The position numbers were made by a program, and so were the translations under genes. This document shows, piece by piece, positions 1-9,811 of a stretch of 64,000 bases of DNA; the first letter of the stretch is position 1; each line of letters starts with the position of its first letter. Origin of the DNA: Candidatus Heimdallarchaeota archaeon (GTDB lineage: Archaea; Asgardarchaeota; Heimdallarchaeia; Heimdallarchaeales; Heimdallarchaeaceae); contig JAUVXV010000007.1 in NCBI GenBank assembly GCA_030603365.1, positions 1-64,000 on the forward strand. The letters run 5' to 3'. A model generated the notes under the pieces. That model was given only the letters and a program-made list of their open reading frames with translations, was not told the origin of the DNA and made no database searches.

Positions 1-1
1 T

Positions 2-850
2 GAATGGAGAACTAAATTCATCAAATTAGCAATCAAATCGTATACTGCAGCTCTAAAGAAATATACACTGAAGAACTCACCGCTTCTATTTGCTAAAACT
101 CAGAATGATTTGGGTAACTTCTATTCTTGTTTAGCTGAGATTGGGAATAAAGTTGAAAATTATAAATTTGCAATCGATTCTTATAAGGAAGCATTAAAGG
201 TGTTTTCAGCAGATTTGTTTGTTTTCGAATATAGTCAGGTTAATCATAACCTTGGTTTAGCTTTTCAGACATTGGCTGAATTAGAAGAAAAAGAAGTAAA
301 TAGTAAATTCGCAATATTCTCATACAAAGAAGCAATTAAAGGACGGGATTTAGCTAGTTATCCTTTTGAACATGCAATAACATTAGTAAATCAAGGTGTT
401 GCTTATAAGACTTTATCTGGAATTGAAACGAACGAGTTCTATTCAACATTTGCCATAGATTCTTATAACACTGCACTTAGGACTGGTTCTTTAGATCAAA
501 TGCCTACAGAAAGAGCAATGATTTACAGCAATATTGGAGTAGCTTATAGGTTGCTAGCAGAAACCCAAGAAAAGATATTCAACTGTAAACAAGCATTACT
601 AGTTCTAAATGATGCATTAACAGTTAGAAACCAGGCACAATTTCAATTTGAATATGCCATATCTACAACAATTTTAGGTGACGTTTATGGTGCCCTATCC
701 TTTGAAGAAAACAAAGAAGAGAACAATAATTTTGCTATTTCAGCTTATGATAAAGCAATTAAAATATTCATAAAGAAGCACGAAGCTTTCTATGATAATG
801 TAGTTGAGAGAAAGAAAACTATCATCGAGTTTAGCAAACAAGAGATCTAA
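2..850 (+). CDS. TPR-repeat protein, 5'-truncated by the window edge
   Basis: Frame is open from position 2 (EWRTKFIKLAIKSYTAALK...), so it extends upstream of the track's TTG at 110. Repeated A-x-x-S-Y-x-x-AL...N-x-G-x-AY TPR-like units. Confidence 0.85.
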   Translation, partial: EWRTKFIKLAIKSYTAALKKYTLKNSPLLFAKTQNDLGNFYSCLAEIGNKVENYKFAIDSYKEALKVFSADLFVFEYSQVNHNLGLAFQTLAELEEKEVNSKFAIFSYKEAIKGRDLASYPFEHAITLVNQGVAYKTLSGIETNEFYSTFAIDSYNTALRTGSLDQMPTERAMIYSNIGVAYRLLAETQEKIFNCKQALLVLNDALTVRNQAQFQFEYAISTTILGDVYGALSFEENKEENNNFAISAYDKAIKIFIKKHEAFYDNVVERKKTIIEFSKQEI

Positions 851-1304
851 ACTCTCTTTTTTTAAAAATAAAGATACTAATCGTATTGCTTTTTTTTGTT
901 TTGGGAACAGAGATAGAGCAGATGATGCTTTTGGATTACTAATAGCTGATGAACTGGTGAAAGTCGCTCCTCAAAGAGTTTTTTCTGAAGAAATTGAAGA
1001 TATCTCTACTTTCCTTGTTAATAGTGTAGATACTGATAAGTATGATAGCATTGTAATTATTGATGCAGTTGATTATGGAGCTCAACCAGGATCTTTGTTA
1101 ATAACTTCTGACATTTCTAACCATATTAGATCAATTTCTAGTCATGCAATACCTCTCCAACAAATTTATGATTATATCAAATTGAAGAATAAAGATTTCC
1201 TTTTAATTGGAGCTCAAGCAAAATCTGTTGAATTCATGAAAGATCCCTCTCCTGAAATTCTTAAAGCTGTATATGAAGTTCTAGATTTAGTAAAAGGGAT
1301 TTAA
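804..1304 (+). CDS. Hydrogenase maturation protease (HycI/HybD family)
   Basis: Motifs GNxxRADDAFG, IIDAVDYGAQPG and SSHAIPL. Start position uncertain. Confidence 0.85.
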   Translation: MRERKLSSSLANKRSKLSFFKNKDTNRIAFFCFGNRDRADDAFGLLIADELVKVAPQRVFSEEIEDISTFLVNSVDTDKYDSIVIIDAVDYGAQPGSLLITSDISNHIRSISSHAIPLQQIYDYIKLKNKDFLLIGAQAKSVEFMKDPSPEILKAVYEVLDLVKGI

Positions 1305-1356
1305 GATTTTAGAAAGTAAAATGATTTTTAAATAACCAAGTATTGTTAATTATACT

Positions 1357-2787
1357 TTGCAAAAACAGAGAAGAACTAGATTCACGGTGATGTTATCTTA
1401 TAGTTCACTCTCAATTTCTGGTGCGATAATTATAAATTTCTTTAATACTAGAATATATAATTTCTATACTGACGAAATAAAACTTAATATTGCTTACATC
1501 CCAATAGTCATGACAATATATGCAATATTTAACGCTTTAAATGACCCTCTTTTTGGGTGGATTTCTGATAAAACTAGAACTAGATTTGGAAGACGCTTTC
1601 CTTACATTCTTTTTGGATTTATACCTTTGACGATAGCATTTGCAGCAATCTGGTTAGTACCTATTTCTTTAGTAGGGGATATTAACCATACCTTCTATTT
1701 TAATTCACAACCAAATCTTCTTACTAGTGTTCTCACTAAATTTACTTTCTTGAATCCCAACCAAACACTTTTACTGATTTCTGTTATAGCTACCCTCTTA
1801 ATCTTTGACACTCTCTATACTATAGTTATACTTAATTGGCACTCACTTTTTCCTGAGAAATTCAAAACAGCAAAGGAAAGAAATATTGTATCAGCTTTAC
1901 GACAAGTAGTTTCAATAATTGGAGTATCAGTTGCAGTTGTTTTTGCGCCTATGTTGTTTGATTATAACAATCTCTTATCTTATAGAAAAGCTATACTTTT
2001 TATCTCAGGTTTTGTATTAGTTGGATTTTTATTATCAATGTATGGATGTAAAGAAGTACCTAACAATACTCAGAAGATAAAGAATACTGAAAGTTACAAG
2101 AAATCATTTCTAGAAGTTTTGAAGAACAAGAATATGATTGTATTTTTGGTGTCATTTTTCCTGGCAAATGTTGCTTATTTGACACTCATGTCCATGATTC
2201 CGTACATGAACAAATGGATACTGAAACAACCAGCAGAATTTGAGAGTTACCTTTATGGAGTAGGTGTATTAGTTGCTGGTCTAGCATTCTTTCTGTGGGT
2301 AAAGGTATCATTAAAAATAGGGACGAAGGCGGTTTTCATTATTAGTTCTGTGGGTTTTTCTTTAGGTCTTTTAATTTTATTATTTGATCTTAGTTTACCA
2401 ATTGCTTTGATAACAATGGGTGTTGTTGGTTTGCCCTTAGCTGGATTGTTACTGATTCCTGAAATACTTCTTTCGGAAGTTATAGATGAAGACTATAAGA
2501 AATTTGGAAAGAGAAGAGAAGGAATGTTTTTTGGTTTTTATGGTTTTTGTGTTCGAATAGCCATTATAGTAGAATCAAGTATTATCGCATTAATTCTGAG
2601 CTTAACAGGATACGATGCAAATGCTTTGGAACAAACAGCTTTAGCGAAAACTGGAATTAAGATACTACTTATTGCAGTTCCTATTGTTTGTTTTATTTTT
2701 GGAGTTATATTGATGCTTTTCTTTTATGATCTTTCTAGGAAGAAACTTGAGAAGGAAAAAGGAAAAAAACTCTCTATATTCTTCTAA
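1357..2787 (+). CDS. MFS transporter, GPH/MelB-like sugar:cation symporter
   Basis: NALNDPLFGWISDKTRTRFGRRFPY and EVIDED...RREGMFFG motifs; about 12 hydrophobic segments. Confidence 0.9.
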   Translation: MQKQRRTRFTVMLSYSSLSISGAIIINFFNTRIYNFYTDEIKLNIAYIPIVMTIYAIFNALNDPLFGWISDKTRTRFGRRFPYILFGFIPLTIAFAAIWLVPISLVGDINHTFYFNSQPNLLTSVLTKFTFLNPNQTLLLISVIATLLIFDTLYTIVILNWHSLFPEKFKTAKERNIVSALRQVVSIIGVSVAVVFAPMLFDYNNLLSYRKAILFISGFVLVGFLLSMYGCKEVPNNTQKIKNTESYKKSFLEVLKNKNMIVFLVSFFLANVAYLTLMSMIPYMNKWILKQPAEFESYLYGVGVLVAGLAFFLWVKVSLKIGTKAVFIISSVGFSLGLLILLFDLSLPIALITMGVVGLPLAGLLLIPEILLSEVIDEDYKKFGKRREGMFFGFYGFCVRIAIIVESSIIALILSLTGYDANALEQTALAKTGIKILLIAVPIVCFIFGVILMLFFYDLSRKKLEKEKGKKLSIFF

Positions 2788-2789
2788 AA

Positions 2790-3533
2790 TCAAATGAAGA
2801 ACCCAGGTAGAGTGAGTATGCCTGATTTATTTAAGTAATAGAAAGTAACAAATAAAGCTATAAATAATGACCAAAACATTATCCTGAACAAATCGTTGAA
2901 GGTAAATACAACTTTCTTATAATGAGTTCTTTTTTGAATTCCAAATCCTTTGAAGTACAGTGATTGTGCTAAAAACTCTGATCTATAGATAATTGAAGCT
3001 ATCAATATTGCTAGGACTCTAGGTAACCACCTGAAGAAACCTCCTTTCATCTCACCTCTAAGTCTCAAGGTTGTGAAAGTGTCTTCTGCATCTCTAGCTA
3101 TCCTTGGAATCATAATCAATGCTAAAGAAGGAATTAAAGCTATCTTAGAATTTATATGTATTTTTTCGAAAAATCTTGTTAAATCGGAAGGATTTGTAAG
3201 AGTAAAAAACAATGAAAATCCTAGTCCACCAATTAGTAATCTAGAAAGAACTCTAAATACAAGCACCCATCCTCCAAAAATATACGTGATTACTCCAAGA
3301 ATTACAAAAGCAGGCAATAGAGCGTATAGAATACTCAAAGCTCCTTTGATGTTTTTGAAAATAATATTCTCTGCTAATACAAAAATGACAATTAAAGCTA
3401 GCACCCAGTTGATATTAACTATCATAAATCCAAACTGAATTAGAATTATTAGAATACCAACTAAGGGATGGATATGCAAGCTCTCAGGTTTGAACATCAA
3501 GCCTTGATAAACTCTTCTCAGCATGAATGACAT
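2790..3533 (-). CDS. ECF transporter transmembrane (T) component
   Basis: Hydrophobic; TxPxDL, IPRI and LRG coupling-helix-like motifs; last gene of an S-ATPase-T operon. Confidence 0.8.
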   Translation of the reverse strand: MSFMLRRVYQGLMFKPESLHIHPLVGILIILIQFGFMIVNINWVLALIVIFVLAENIIFKNIKGALSILYALLPAFVILGVITYIFGGWVLVFRVLSRLLIGGLGFSLFFTLTNPSDLTRFFEKIHINSKIALIPSLALIMIPRIARDAEDTFTTLRLRGEMKGGFFRWLPRVLAILIASIIYRSEFLAQSLYFKGFGIQKRTHYKKVVFTFNDLFRIMFWSLFIALFVTFYYLNKSGILTLPGFFI

Positions 3534-5180
3534 TTAGAGTTCCCTCCTTAGATATTCATTCAGTTCCGAAGGGGTAAGAAGATGAGGTAGTTCATATTGA
3601 AATTTTTTTTCTAAAGCTTGAATAAAACGAACAGTTTGATTAGGAATTAGATCAGTCTGATTCTCTAAGGAATAAAGAACCTTTCTAGGAGTATCTTCCA
3701 TGAATATCTTATTATCTCTAAGAACAACCATCCTGTCCAAATGGGGAAAAATCCTGGGATCATTAGATGCAATAATAACAGTCTTACCATTATTTTTTGC
3801 TTCACTTAGTAGCTTTAGAAGAATATCTCGTCCATTCTTATCTAATGCAATCGTTGGTTCATCTAGTAAAACAATATCACTTTCAAATTGGAAAGAATTA
3901 ATTAGTGCAATAAGCCTTCTTTCACCTTCACTCAGATGATACAACTTCTTATCCATTAGAGCAGTTAGTTTCATCTCCTCAAAAACAGCTTGTACTCCAT
4001 CTGCATCCTTCAATTCTCTTTCGAGATCTATTCTAGGTGTTGGTCCAATCAGAAAAAGTTTGGCGTTCTCAGGAATAAGTATAATACTTTTACTCGCACT
4101 TCTTACTGATTTAATCTTGTTATCAAAAATGGAAACCTCTCCAGTATTCGGTTTCAAAATGCCAGAGATGAGCTTGAATAAAGTAGATTTTCCGCTTCCA
4201 TTTATGCCAGTAAGACCAATTATCTGTCCTTTTTGTAGAGTTAAAGAGATATCGTCTAGAATAAGTGGAGTTCTCTTATTATACTTGAATGATAGATTTT
4301 CACATTTCAGAACATGTTTCTCTGAAGAAATTGTCTTGGCACTTGATTGTTCTTGTTTATTGTCTGAATCAAAAATTTTCTTTAGTTCTTCAGACTGATT
4401 CTCAATGGCATCTTCTAAGCTTAGAAATAGACTATCTTGTGTAGGGAATTCAATTGTACTAATTTCAGGTGGATCGATTTTTTCTAATAATTGTACGTGT
4501 TTCTTGGGGTCCCCATCTGCGATGATTTTGCCTTTATCTAGAATGATTAATCTGTCAGCTTTAGATAAAATATAATCTAACCTATGTTCAAAAGCAATAA
4601 CAATATGTCCATTGTCAGCAATATTCCTCAGAAGATTTACCAATTCGATTTCTGTTTTCGGATCTATTCTTGCTATAGGTTCATCAAGAATAAGTATTGA
4701 TGGTGATGAGGCTAAAGCCGATGCAAGAGACACCTTTTGAAGCTCTCCTGAACTTAATTCAGTAATTAAACGATTTCGGAGATGACTTATATTCAACTTC
4801 TCAAGATTGTCGTCAAGAAGAATGTTTATTTTGTTTCGGGAAAAAGCAAGATTTTCAAGTCCAAAAACAACTTCCTCTTCTACAAGTAAAGAAGTTGTGA
4901 AATCACTAGGATATTGAGGTACATAACCTAACTGTTCTATCAATTCTTTTCTTGATAATTCAGAAATGGCTTTATCATTGTATGTGATTGTTCCATAAAT
5001 TTTAGCTTTTTCAAATGCTGGAATTAATCCAAGGAGTATCTTTGCTAAAGTACTTTTACCACTTCCGCTAGGTCCAGCAACAAGAATAAATTCACTAGGT
5101 TTAGCTGAAAAATTAATGGATTTTAGAGCGAATCTTTTAGTTTTTGGATATTTTGCATCAAGATTCTTTACATCTAACAT
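3534..5180 (-). CDS. ECF transporter fused double ABC ATPase
   Basis: Two NBDs: GPSGSGKS/LSSGE/LDEP and GINGSGKS/LSEGE/LDEPT. Confidence 0.92.
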   Translation of the reverse strand: MLDVKNLDAKYPKTKRFALKSINFSAKPSEFILVAGPSGSGKSTLAKILLGLIPAFEKAKIYGTITYNDKAISELSRKELIEQLGYVPQYPSDFTTSLLVEEEVVFGLENLAFSRNKINILLDDNLEKLNISHLRNRLITELSSGELQKVSLASALASSPSILILDEPIARIDPKTEIELVNLLRNIADNGHIVIAFEHRLDYILSKADRLIILDKGKIIADGDPKKHVQLLEKIDPPEISTIEFPTQDSLFLSLEDAIENQSEELKKIFDSDNKQEQSSAKTISSEKHVLKCENLSFKYNKRTPLILDDISLTLQKGQIIGLTGINGSGKSTLFKLISGILKPNTGEVSIFDNKIKSVRSASKSIILIPENAKLFLIGPTPRIDLERELKDADGVQAVFEEMKLTALMDKKLYHLSEGERRLIALINSFQFESDIVLLDEPTIALDKNGRDILLKLLSEAKNNGKTVIIASNDPRIFPHLDRMVVLRDNKIFMEDTPRKVLYSLENQTDLIPNQTVRFIQALEKKFQYELPHLLTPSELNEYLRREL

Positions 5181-5212
5181 TGTAATCTCCAGATTAGTTC
5201 AGTCAATCCGCA

Positions 5213-6109
5213 TTATTCAATAAGCTCAGTCTCTTCTTCATCGTCCATATCTTCTTCCTCTTCATCATCTGAATGGATGATTCCAAGTTGTCTCAAATAT
5301 GATACAATTGGAATTGCAATTGCTGCACCGAAGAAAACTTGTGCTATATTAAATGGTATTTCTACAGATGCTCCTCCTGCTCCGACTCCAAGGATAAATG
5401 CTTGGTAAATAAAATAACCAATAATAATTATCAATCCAGCTAACGAGCATGATAAAGCCATTGCCCCCTTCTCTCCGAATTTAATTATGGCTAAAAGCAT
5501 TAATGAACTCAGTATCAGAGCTAAGATAAAAAGTACATAACCCGGAATATGCAAAGCAAAGAATTTGTATGATTCTCTGAGAAGATAATAATTTGGATCT
5601 TGAATTGCCAGGGATAACATAGGTATAGAAAAGTGTGATCCAGATATCCCATATAATGTGGTTTCGATTGTAAAAGTATCAGTAATATATAGTCCTGAGA
5701 AAACCAAAATAAAGGCACACAAAATTCCTACGATAGAAATTTTAATCCATTTCTTAAACTTTTTACTCTTATGAAATAGATAACCTGCTACAAAACCCTC
5801 TGCTGCCTTTAAAACAAATGTAGCAGGTGCATAAATACCATATCCAAGAGCAAGATCAGCTAAAGCTGCTCCTACTCCTCCTGAAATAGCTCCGGTTATA
5901 GGACCTCCTATCAAAGCGGCTAAGTAAATAAAAGCTTCTCCAATATTGAAGAATCCAGAAGAAGATGCAATATTCAGATAGAAAATGGAAGTGGATAGAA
6001 AGACTAACCCGGTGAAAGTTACAATTAAAGCAAGACTTCTAATTGAATTAACTTCTTTAACTAAACGTTCTCTTAATACTATCTCTTCTTGAATTTCCTC
6101 GTTACTCAT
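5213..6109 (-). CDS. ECF transporter substrate-specific (S) component with internal insertion
   Basis: GFFNIGEAFIY, GGVGAALADLALGY..YAPAT..KAAEG and IPFNIAQ motifs; first gene of the ECF operon. Confidence 0.85.
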   Translation of the reverse strand: MSNEEIQEEIVLRERLVKEVNSIRSLALIVTFTGLVFLSTSIFYLNIASSSGFFNIGEAFIYLAALIGGPITGAISGGVGAALADLALGYGIYAPATFVLKAAEGFVAGYLFHKSKKFKKWIKISIVGILCAFILVFSGLYITDTFTIETTLYGISGSHFSIPMLSLAIQDPNYYLLRESYKFFALHIPGYVLFILALILSSLMLLAIIKFGEKGAMALSCSLAGLIIIIGYFIYQAFILGVGAGGASVEIPFNIAQVFFGAAIAIPIVSYLRQLGIIHSDDEEEEDMDDEEETELIE

Positions 6110-6250
6110 TACTATTCAAGTTATAACTTGTATATATTAATAAAACTCTTTTGGTTTTGAGATAAGCTAAAAAAACACATTTCTTATACAACAGAGTTTA
6201 CTTTAGTTTTCTAAAGCACAAATTATTCATAGTATCACTTATTTTTTCTT

Positions 6251-6610
6251 ATGAGTCAAATGAAAGGCAAAAACCTTCTCTTCGGATTCAGTGTTTTAAT
6301 GGTATTTCTATTAGCATCACAATTCACTAATGCCACACAAATGACATTACCTGAAGTAACAATAGCAACTGAGACCCCCATTATGCACATATTTGAATGT
6401 ATAGAACAATTCCAATATCGCTACTTGAATCTTACTTCTAATCATGAATGGCTATTCAATTGTTCATGTAATAGCGATGTTGATTGCAATTGCATAAATG
6501 ATGGCAATACAGAATGCGATCAACTAAGAGATAGAATTCAAGAACGTCTCCAAGAATGTGAAGATGCAATAATGCAAATGATACTTAATTGCTTTAGACA
6601 TAATGAATAG
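6251..6610 (+). CDS. Small secreted cysteine-rich protein
   Basis: Signal-peptide-like N-terminus, 8 Cys, T-rich tract after the stop. Confidence 0.65.
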   Translation: MSQMKGKNLLFGFSVLMVFLLASQFTNATQMTLPEVTIATETPIMHIFECIEQFQYRYLNLTSNHEWLFNCSCNSDVDCNCINDGNTECDQLRDRIQERLQECEDAIMQMILNCFRHNE

Positions 6611-6662
6611 ATATTCTATTCATCTTTTTTTATTTTGAAATTGCATTCCTTTTGCTACTAAA

Positions 6663-7937
6663 ATGCCAAATGCTTTTAAGCATGAACAAACAAAGAGCTA
6701 TTGTGAAAATAAAAAAAAACACATCATAATTCTTGGTGTTTTTCTTCTTTATCTATTTCTTACTTTATTCACTAAAATTACTAGAGATTACTTTTGGGAT
6801 TTTTTGATAATGTGGTATGCAGGTTTGTATATAACTAAGGGAATACCCCTCTATGAACAAGATCATCAAAAATTAATCGACGGTGAAATGTATGCTTTTC
6901 CCTATCATCTACCCATTTTCATATACTTTCTGGCATTCTTAATTTGGTTATTTGGTGAGAGTTTTATTGCAGTGAGATTAAGTTTTATTGTTTTTGCTTT
7001 TTGTAATGCATTTCTTCTAGAACACATTTTTAAACATAATAAATCTCTAAGATTCAAAAATAGAAAGATATTGGATTATGTCAGTGTCATTTTTCTTCTA
7101 AATCCATTTACTCTTTTAAGTACGATTTTTGGATTATTTGATAATGTTCCTTTGATGTATCTCTTAATTGCAATAGTATTTATTCAAAAAATAGAAAAAG
7201 AAAATAGATACAAAAACTATATTTTCAGTCTAATATCGGGATTAGCAATCGGAATAGGTTTCTTAACCAAAGTTTTTCCAATAATATTTGTTCCCATAGG
7301 AGTGTTATGGTTATTATATAAGAAACGATATGTAGAAGCAGGTATATTCACTTTTAGTTTCTTAGGAATAGCAGGAGCGATAACTGGTTATTTATTCATT
7401 ACATATCCAAGATTCAAGTATCTAGGTTTTGGATGGCAAATTGATAGAGGGGCTCTATCATTTAGTGTATATTACTATTTGTTTGATTTAGATTTTCTAC
7501 CGGATTTAATTATCATTTCATTAGGATTTCTTTTGATTTCAGCATTCTTCATTTATAGATTATTCAAACATAAACATGTAGAATATTGGAGTTTAAGTGG
7601 TTTTTACATTCTAATCTTTATCTTATTATATCGAGTGTATTATCCTCATTATTTGATCTGGATTCTTCCTTTTCTAACCTATGTAGGATTTAAATTGTAT
7701 GATTCAAAAGAAATAAGATATCTCCTAATTTTCGTAGGAATTTTTTGTTTACAAATAATAGCAAATGGAATATATTTGCTAAACGATTTTGAAATGTGGA
7801 TTCTTCCAAATGCAGTTATGATCATAGCTTCAATTATTAATTTCTTATGTATTCTCGGATATGGTTTTTACATGTTAAGATACTCTTTGAATTCAGAAAT
7901 TGAAACAAATAAAATCAACACTCTATACTCTATATGA
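6663..7937 (+). CDS. GT-C fold membrane glycosyltransferase (GT87/PMT-like)
   Basis: Polytopic membrane protein with YxxP, LLNP...GxFD and GxxTKxFP motifs. Confidence 0.7.
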   Translation: MPNAFKHEQTKSYCENKKKHIIILGVFLLYLFLTLFTKITRDYFWDFLIMWYAGLYITKGIPLYEQDHQKLIDGEMYAFPYHLPIFIYFLAFLIWLFGESFIAVRLSFIVFAFCNAFLLEHIFKHNKSLRFKNRKILDYVSVIFLLNPFTLLSTIFGLFDNVPLMYLLIAIVFIQKIEKENRYKNYIFSLISGLAIGIGFLTKVFPIIFVPIGVLWLLYKKRYVEAGIFTFSFLGIAGAITGYLFITYPRFKYLGFGWQIDRGALSFSVYYYLFDLDFLPDLIIISLGFLLISAFFIYRLFKHKHVEYWSLSGFYILIFILLYRVYYPHYLIWILPFLTYVGFKLYDSKEIRYLLIFVGIFCLQIIANGIYLLNDFEMWILPNAVMIIASIINFLCILGYGFYMLRYSLNSEIETNKINTLYSI

Positions 7938-7945
7938 ACTAAGAA

Positions 7946-9289
7946 TTAAATAAAATCAATCAGATTTCTCATCTTTTCGATGGTTTCATAACCTTTCTTT
8001 GTCATTTCAAATTCCTTTCGTTTTGTCTTTCTCTTTGAAATTATAATAATTCCTTTCTTCTGTAGTTCGTTGAGATGCTGGTAAATGGATTGTAGAGATT
8101 GAGTTTTTCCTAAAGACACCCAAATTGAATACCCATAGACAGCTTTTTCCTCTGCAATAAGATTCAGAATCTCAAACTTGGTGGTTGAGCTTTCCGACAA
8201 ACCCCATACTACCTTTTTCTTATCTCTCATCTGAGCTGCATAGATATTCAATGCATTGAATCCAGAACCAGTTAAAATGGCTACTGAACTTTCTGGAGTT
8301 ATAGTTTCATTTCGTAACAATTCTTCAGCTGCAACCAGCACAGAACCAGAAGCTGGTTCAATAAACAGGCCTTCATATTTGGCTAAATCCATTGCAGCAG
8401 TTATCATTTCGTCGCCTTTAATTTCTATTTCTTGGCCTTTGGTTTTATTGAGAATATCTTTTACTTCATTGAGTAGAAATGGCTTCTTAATCTCAAGAGA
8501 TTCCGCAAGATGAGAAACTTTTGTTTTTTCTAGTGAAACTGCAAAAATAGCAGGCACATCTTCTACCCAATTTGATTTTTGAGCATCTTGAAATCCCCTG
8601 AAAATTGAGTATATTAAAGATCCTGCACCACGAGGTACAATAACAGATTTTATATTTTTCATCTGAAGAGCTAGTTCTAAACTTATTGTCTTTTGTCCTT
8701 CAATGGTCAAGAGACTGGTTTCTGGAGTAGCAAGGTAACTATCATCTTTAGATGCAAGTTCTTGAGCTTTAGATATAGCCTCATCAACTGAGTCTCCAAT
8801 TTCAATAACTCTGCTACCGAAAATTTTCATCTGCTCAATTTTCGTTAGTTCAAGATTTTGAGGAACAACATTAGTAGTGTCTATTCCTGCTTTTGCTGAA
8901 TATGCTGCAAGACTAATACTGAACGATCCAGTACTAGCACCTATTATGGATTTCTTCTTTTTCTGAACTGCATCAGATACTATAAGAGAAAGAGCCCTAT
9001 CCCTAAATGAACCGGTAGGATTTCTGAATTCAAGTTTAAGGGAAAGATCTTTGTATCCCTTGATATTTCTCACTTTAACTATGGGTGTATTCCCTTCAAA
9101 AAGAGTAATAGGTTTATTATATGAAGGAAGAAAATCTGAAAGAGACCACATGGTTTGAAGATTTATCTCGCTTGAATGTGAACCTTGAATAGGAGGAACA
9201 AGCGTTAGATTTTGGCACTTTGGACACCTCAGAGATGGTTCTAGTATTTCCTTCCCACATTCAATACATGTTGGTTGCTCTTTCCACAT
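7946..9289 (-). CDS. Threonine-synthase-like fold-type II protein (PLP Lys replaced by Arg) with N-terminal Zn ribbon and C-terminal winged HTH
   Basis: CxxC...CPxC, TLFEGNTP, NPTGSFRDR, EGQKTI, EGLFIEPAS and LTGSG motifs; C-terminal YGYSIW...QSIYQHLNELQKKGII...TKKG is PadR/ArsR-like. Confidence 0.85.
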   Translation of the reverse strand: MWKEQPTCIECGKEILEPSLRCPKCQNLTLVPPIQGSHSSEINLQTMWSLSDFLPSYNKPITLFEGNTPIVKVRNIKGYKDLSLKLEFRNPTGSFRDRALSLIVSDAVQKKKKSIIGASTGSFSISLAAYSAKAGIDTTNVVPQNLELTKIEQMKIFGSRVIEIGDSVDEAISKAQELASKDDSYLATPETSLLTIEGQKTISLELALQMKNIKSVIVPRGAGSLIYSIFRGFQDAQKSNWVEDVPAIFAVSLEKTKVSHLAESLEIKKPFLLNEVKDILNKTKGQEIEIKGDEMITAAMDLAKYEGLFIEPASGSVLVAAEELLRNETITPESSVAILTGSGFNALNIYAAQMRDKKKVVWGLSESSTTKFEILNLIAEEKAVYGYSIWVSLGKTQSLQSIYQHLNELQKKGIIIISKRKTKRKEFEMTKKGYETIEKMRNLIDFI

Positions 9290-9338
9290 TGAGAATAATT
9301 GGGACTCACAAAATATAATCCTTTTGTAGAGTCTCCAT

Positions 9339-9539
9339 TTAATAGTCTGTTAATCCTAAAGGTTCTTCATTTTTGTCAACTTCTATATGACACTCGTATA
9401 GTTCTTCGAATATTTCTTCAAGCTTAAAAGACATAGGATCTTTAAAATCTAAGAAGAAATCAACGTCCATGTCTGCTAAATGTCTAAGTAATACTATCAG
9501 CAATTCTTTCTCCTTTGGGGAACTAACAACTATTTTCAT
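9339..9539 (-). CDS. Small acidic hypothetical protein
   Basis: 66-aa ATG ORF in otherwise unoccupied space, co-oriented with the downstream gene. Confidence 0.55.
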   Translation of the reverse strand: MKIVVSSPKEKELLIVLLRHLADMDVDFFLDFKDPMSFKLEEIFEELYECHIEVDKNEEPLGLTDY

Positions 9540-9741
9540 AATACTGTATAATCACTACTTAAACAAAAATATTTCTAAACTAAAAAGTAGTTATTTTTAA
9601 AGTAGAATAGATGTTTAATATTATGGTTGTCTAAATTTTAGTAGATTCTAATGAATTAGATGTAATGTATAATTCTTTTAGTCAAAAAGTGTTAAAAATT
9701 AATAATTTAACATCTATGACCTGTTTTTGCAATCTCAAAAG

Positions 9742-9764
9742 ATAAATGAACACTGTTTGTTTAT
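9742..9764. promoter_or_regulatory. Candidate operator (imperfect inverted repeat) upstream of the acyl-CoA ligase
   Basis: ATAAATGAAC-ACT-GTTTGTTTAT (8/10 arm match) directly before a BRE/TATA-like GAAAATATTTTAAAT. Confidence 0.35.
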
Positions 9765-9811
9765 AGAAAATATTTTAAATAAGCTTTATCCAGAATTATT
9801 AAATTATAATA

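Noticed and set aside
3073-4398. Antisense ORFs (3073-3438, 3700-3939, 4060-4398) and similar shadow ORFs throughout the track
   Set aside because: Fully nested opposite or within well-supported genes, with no family motifs.
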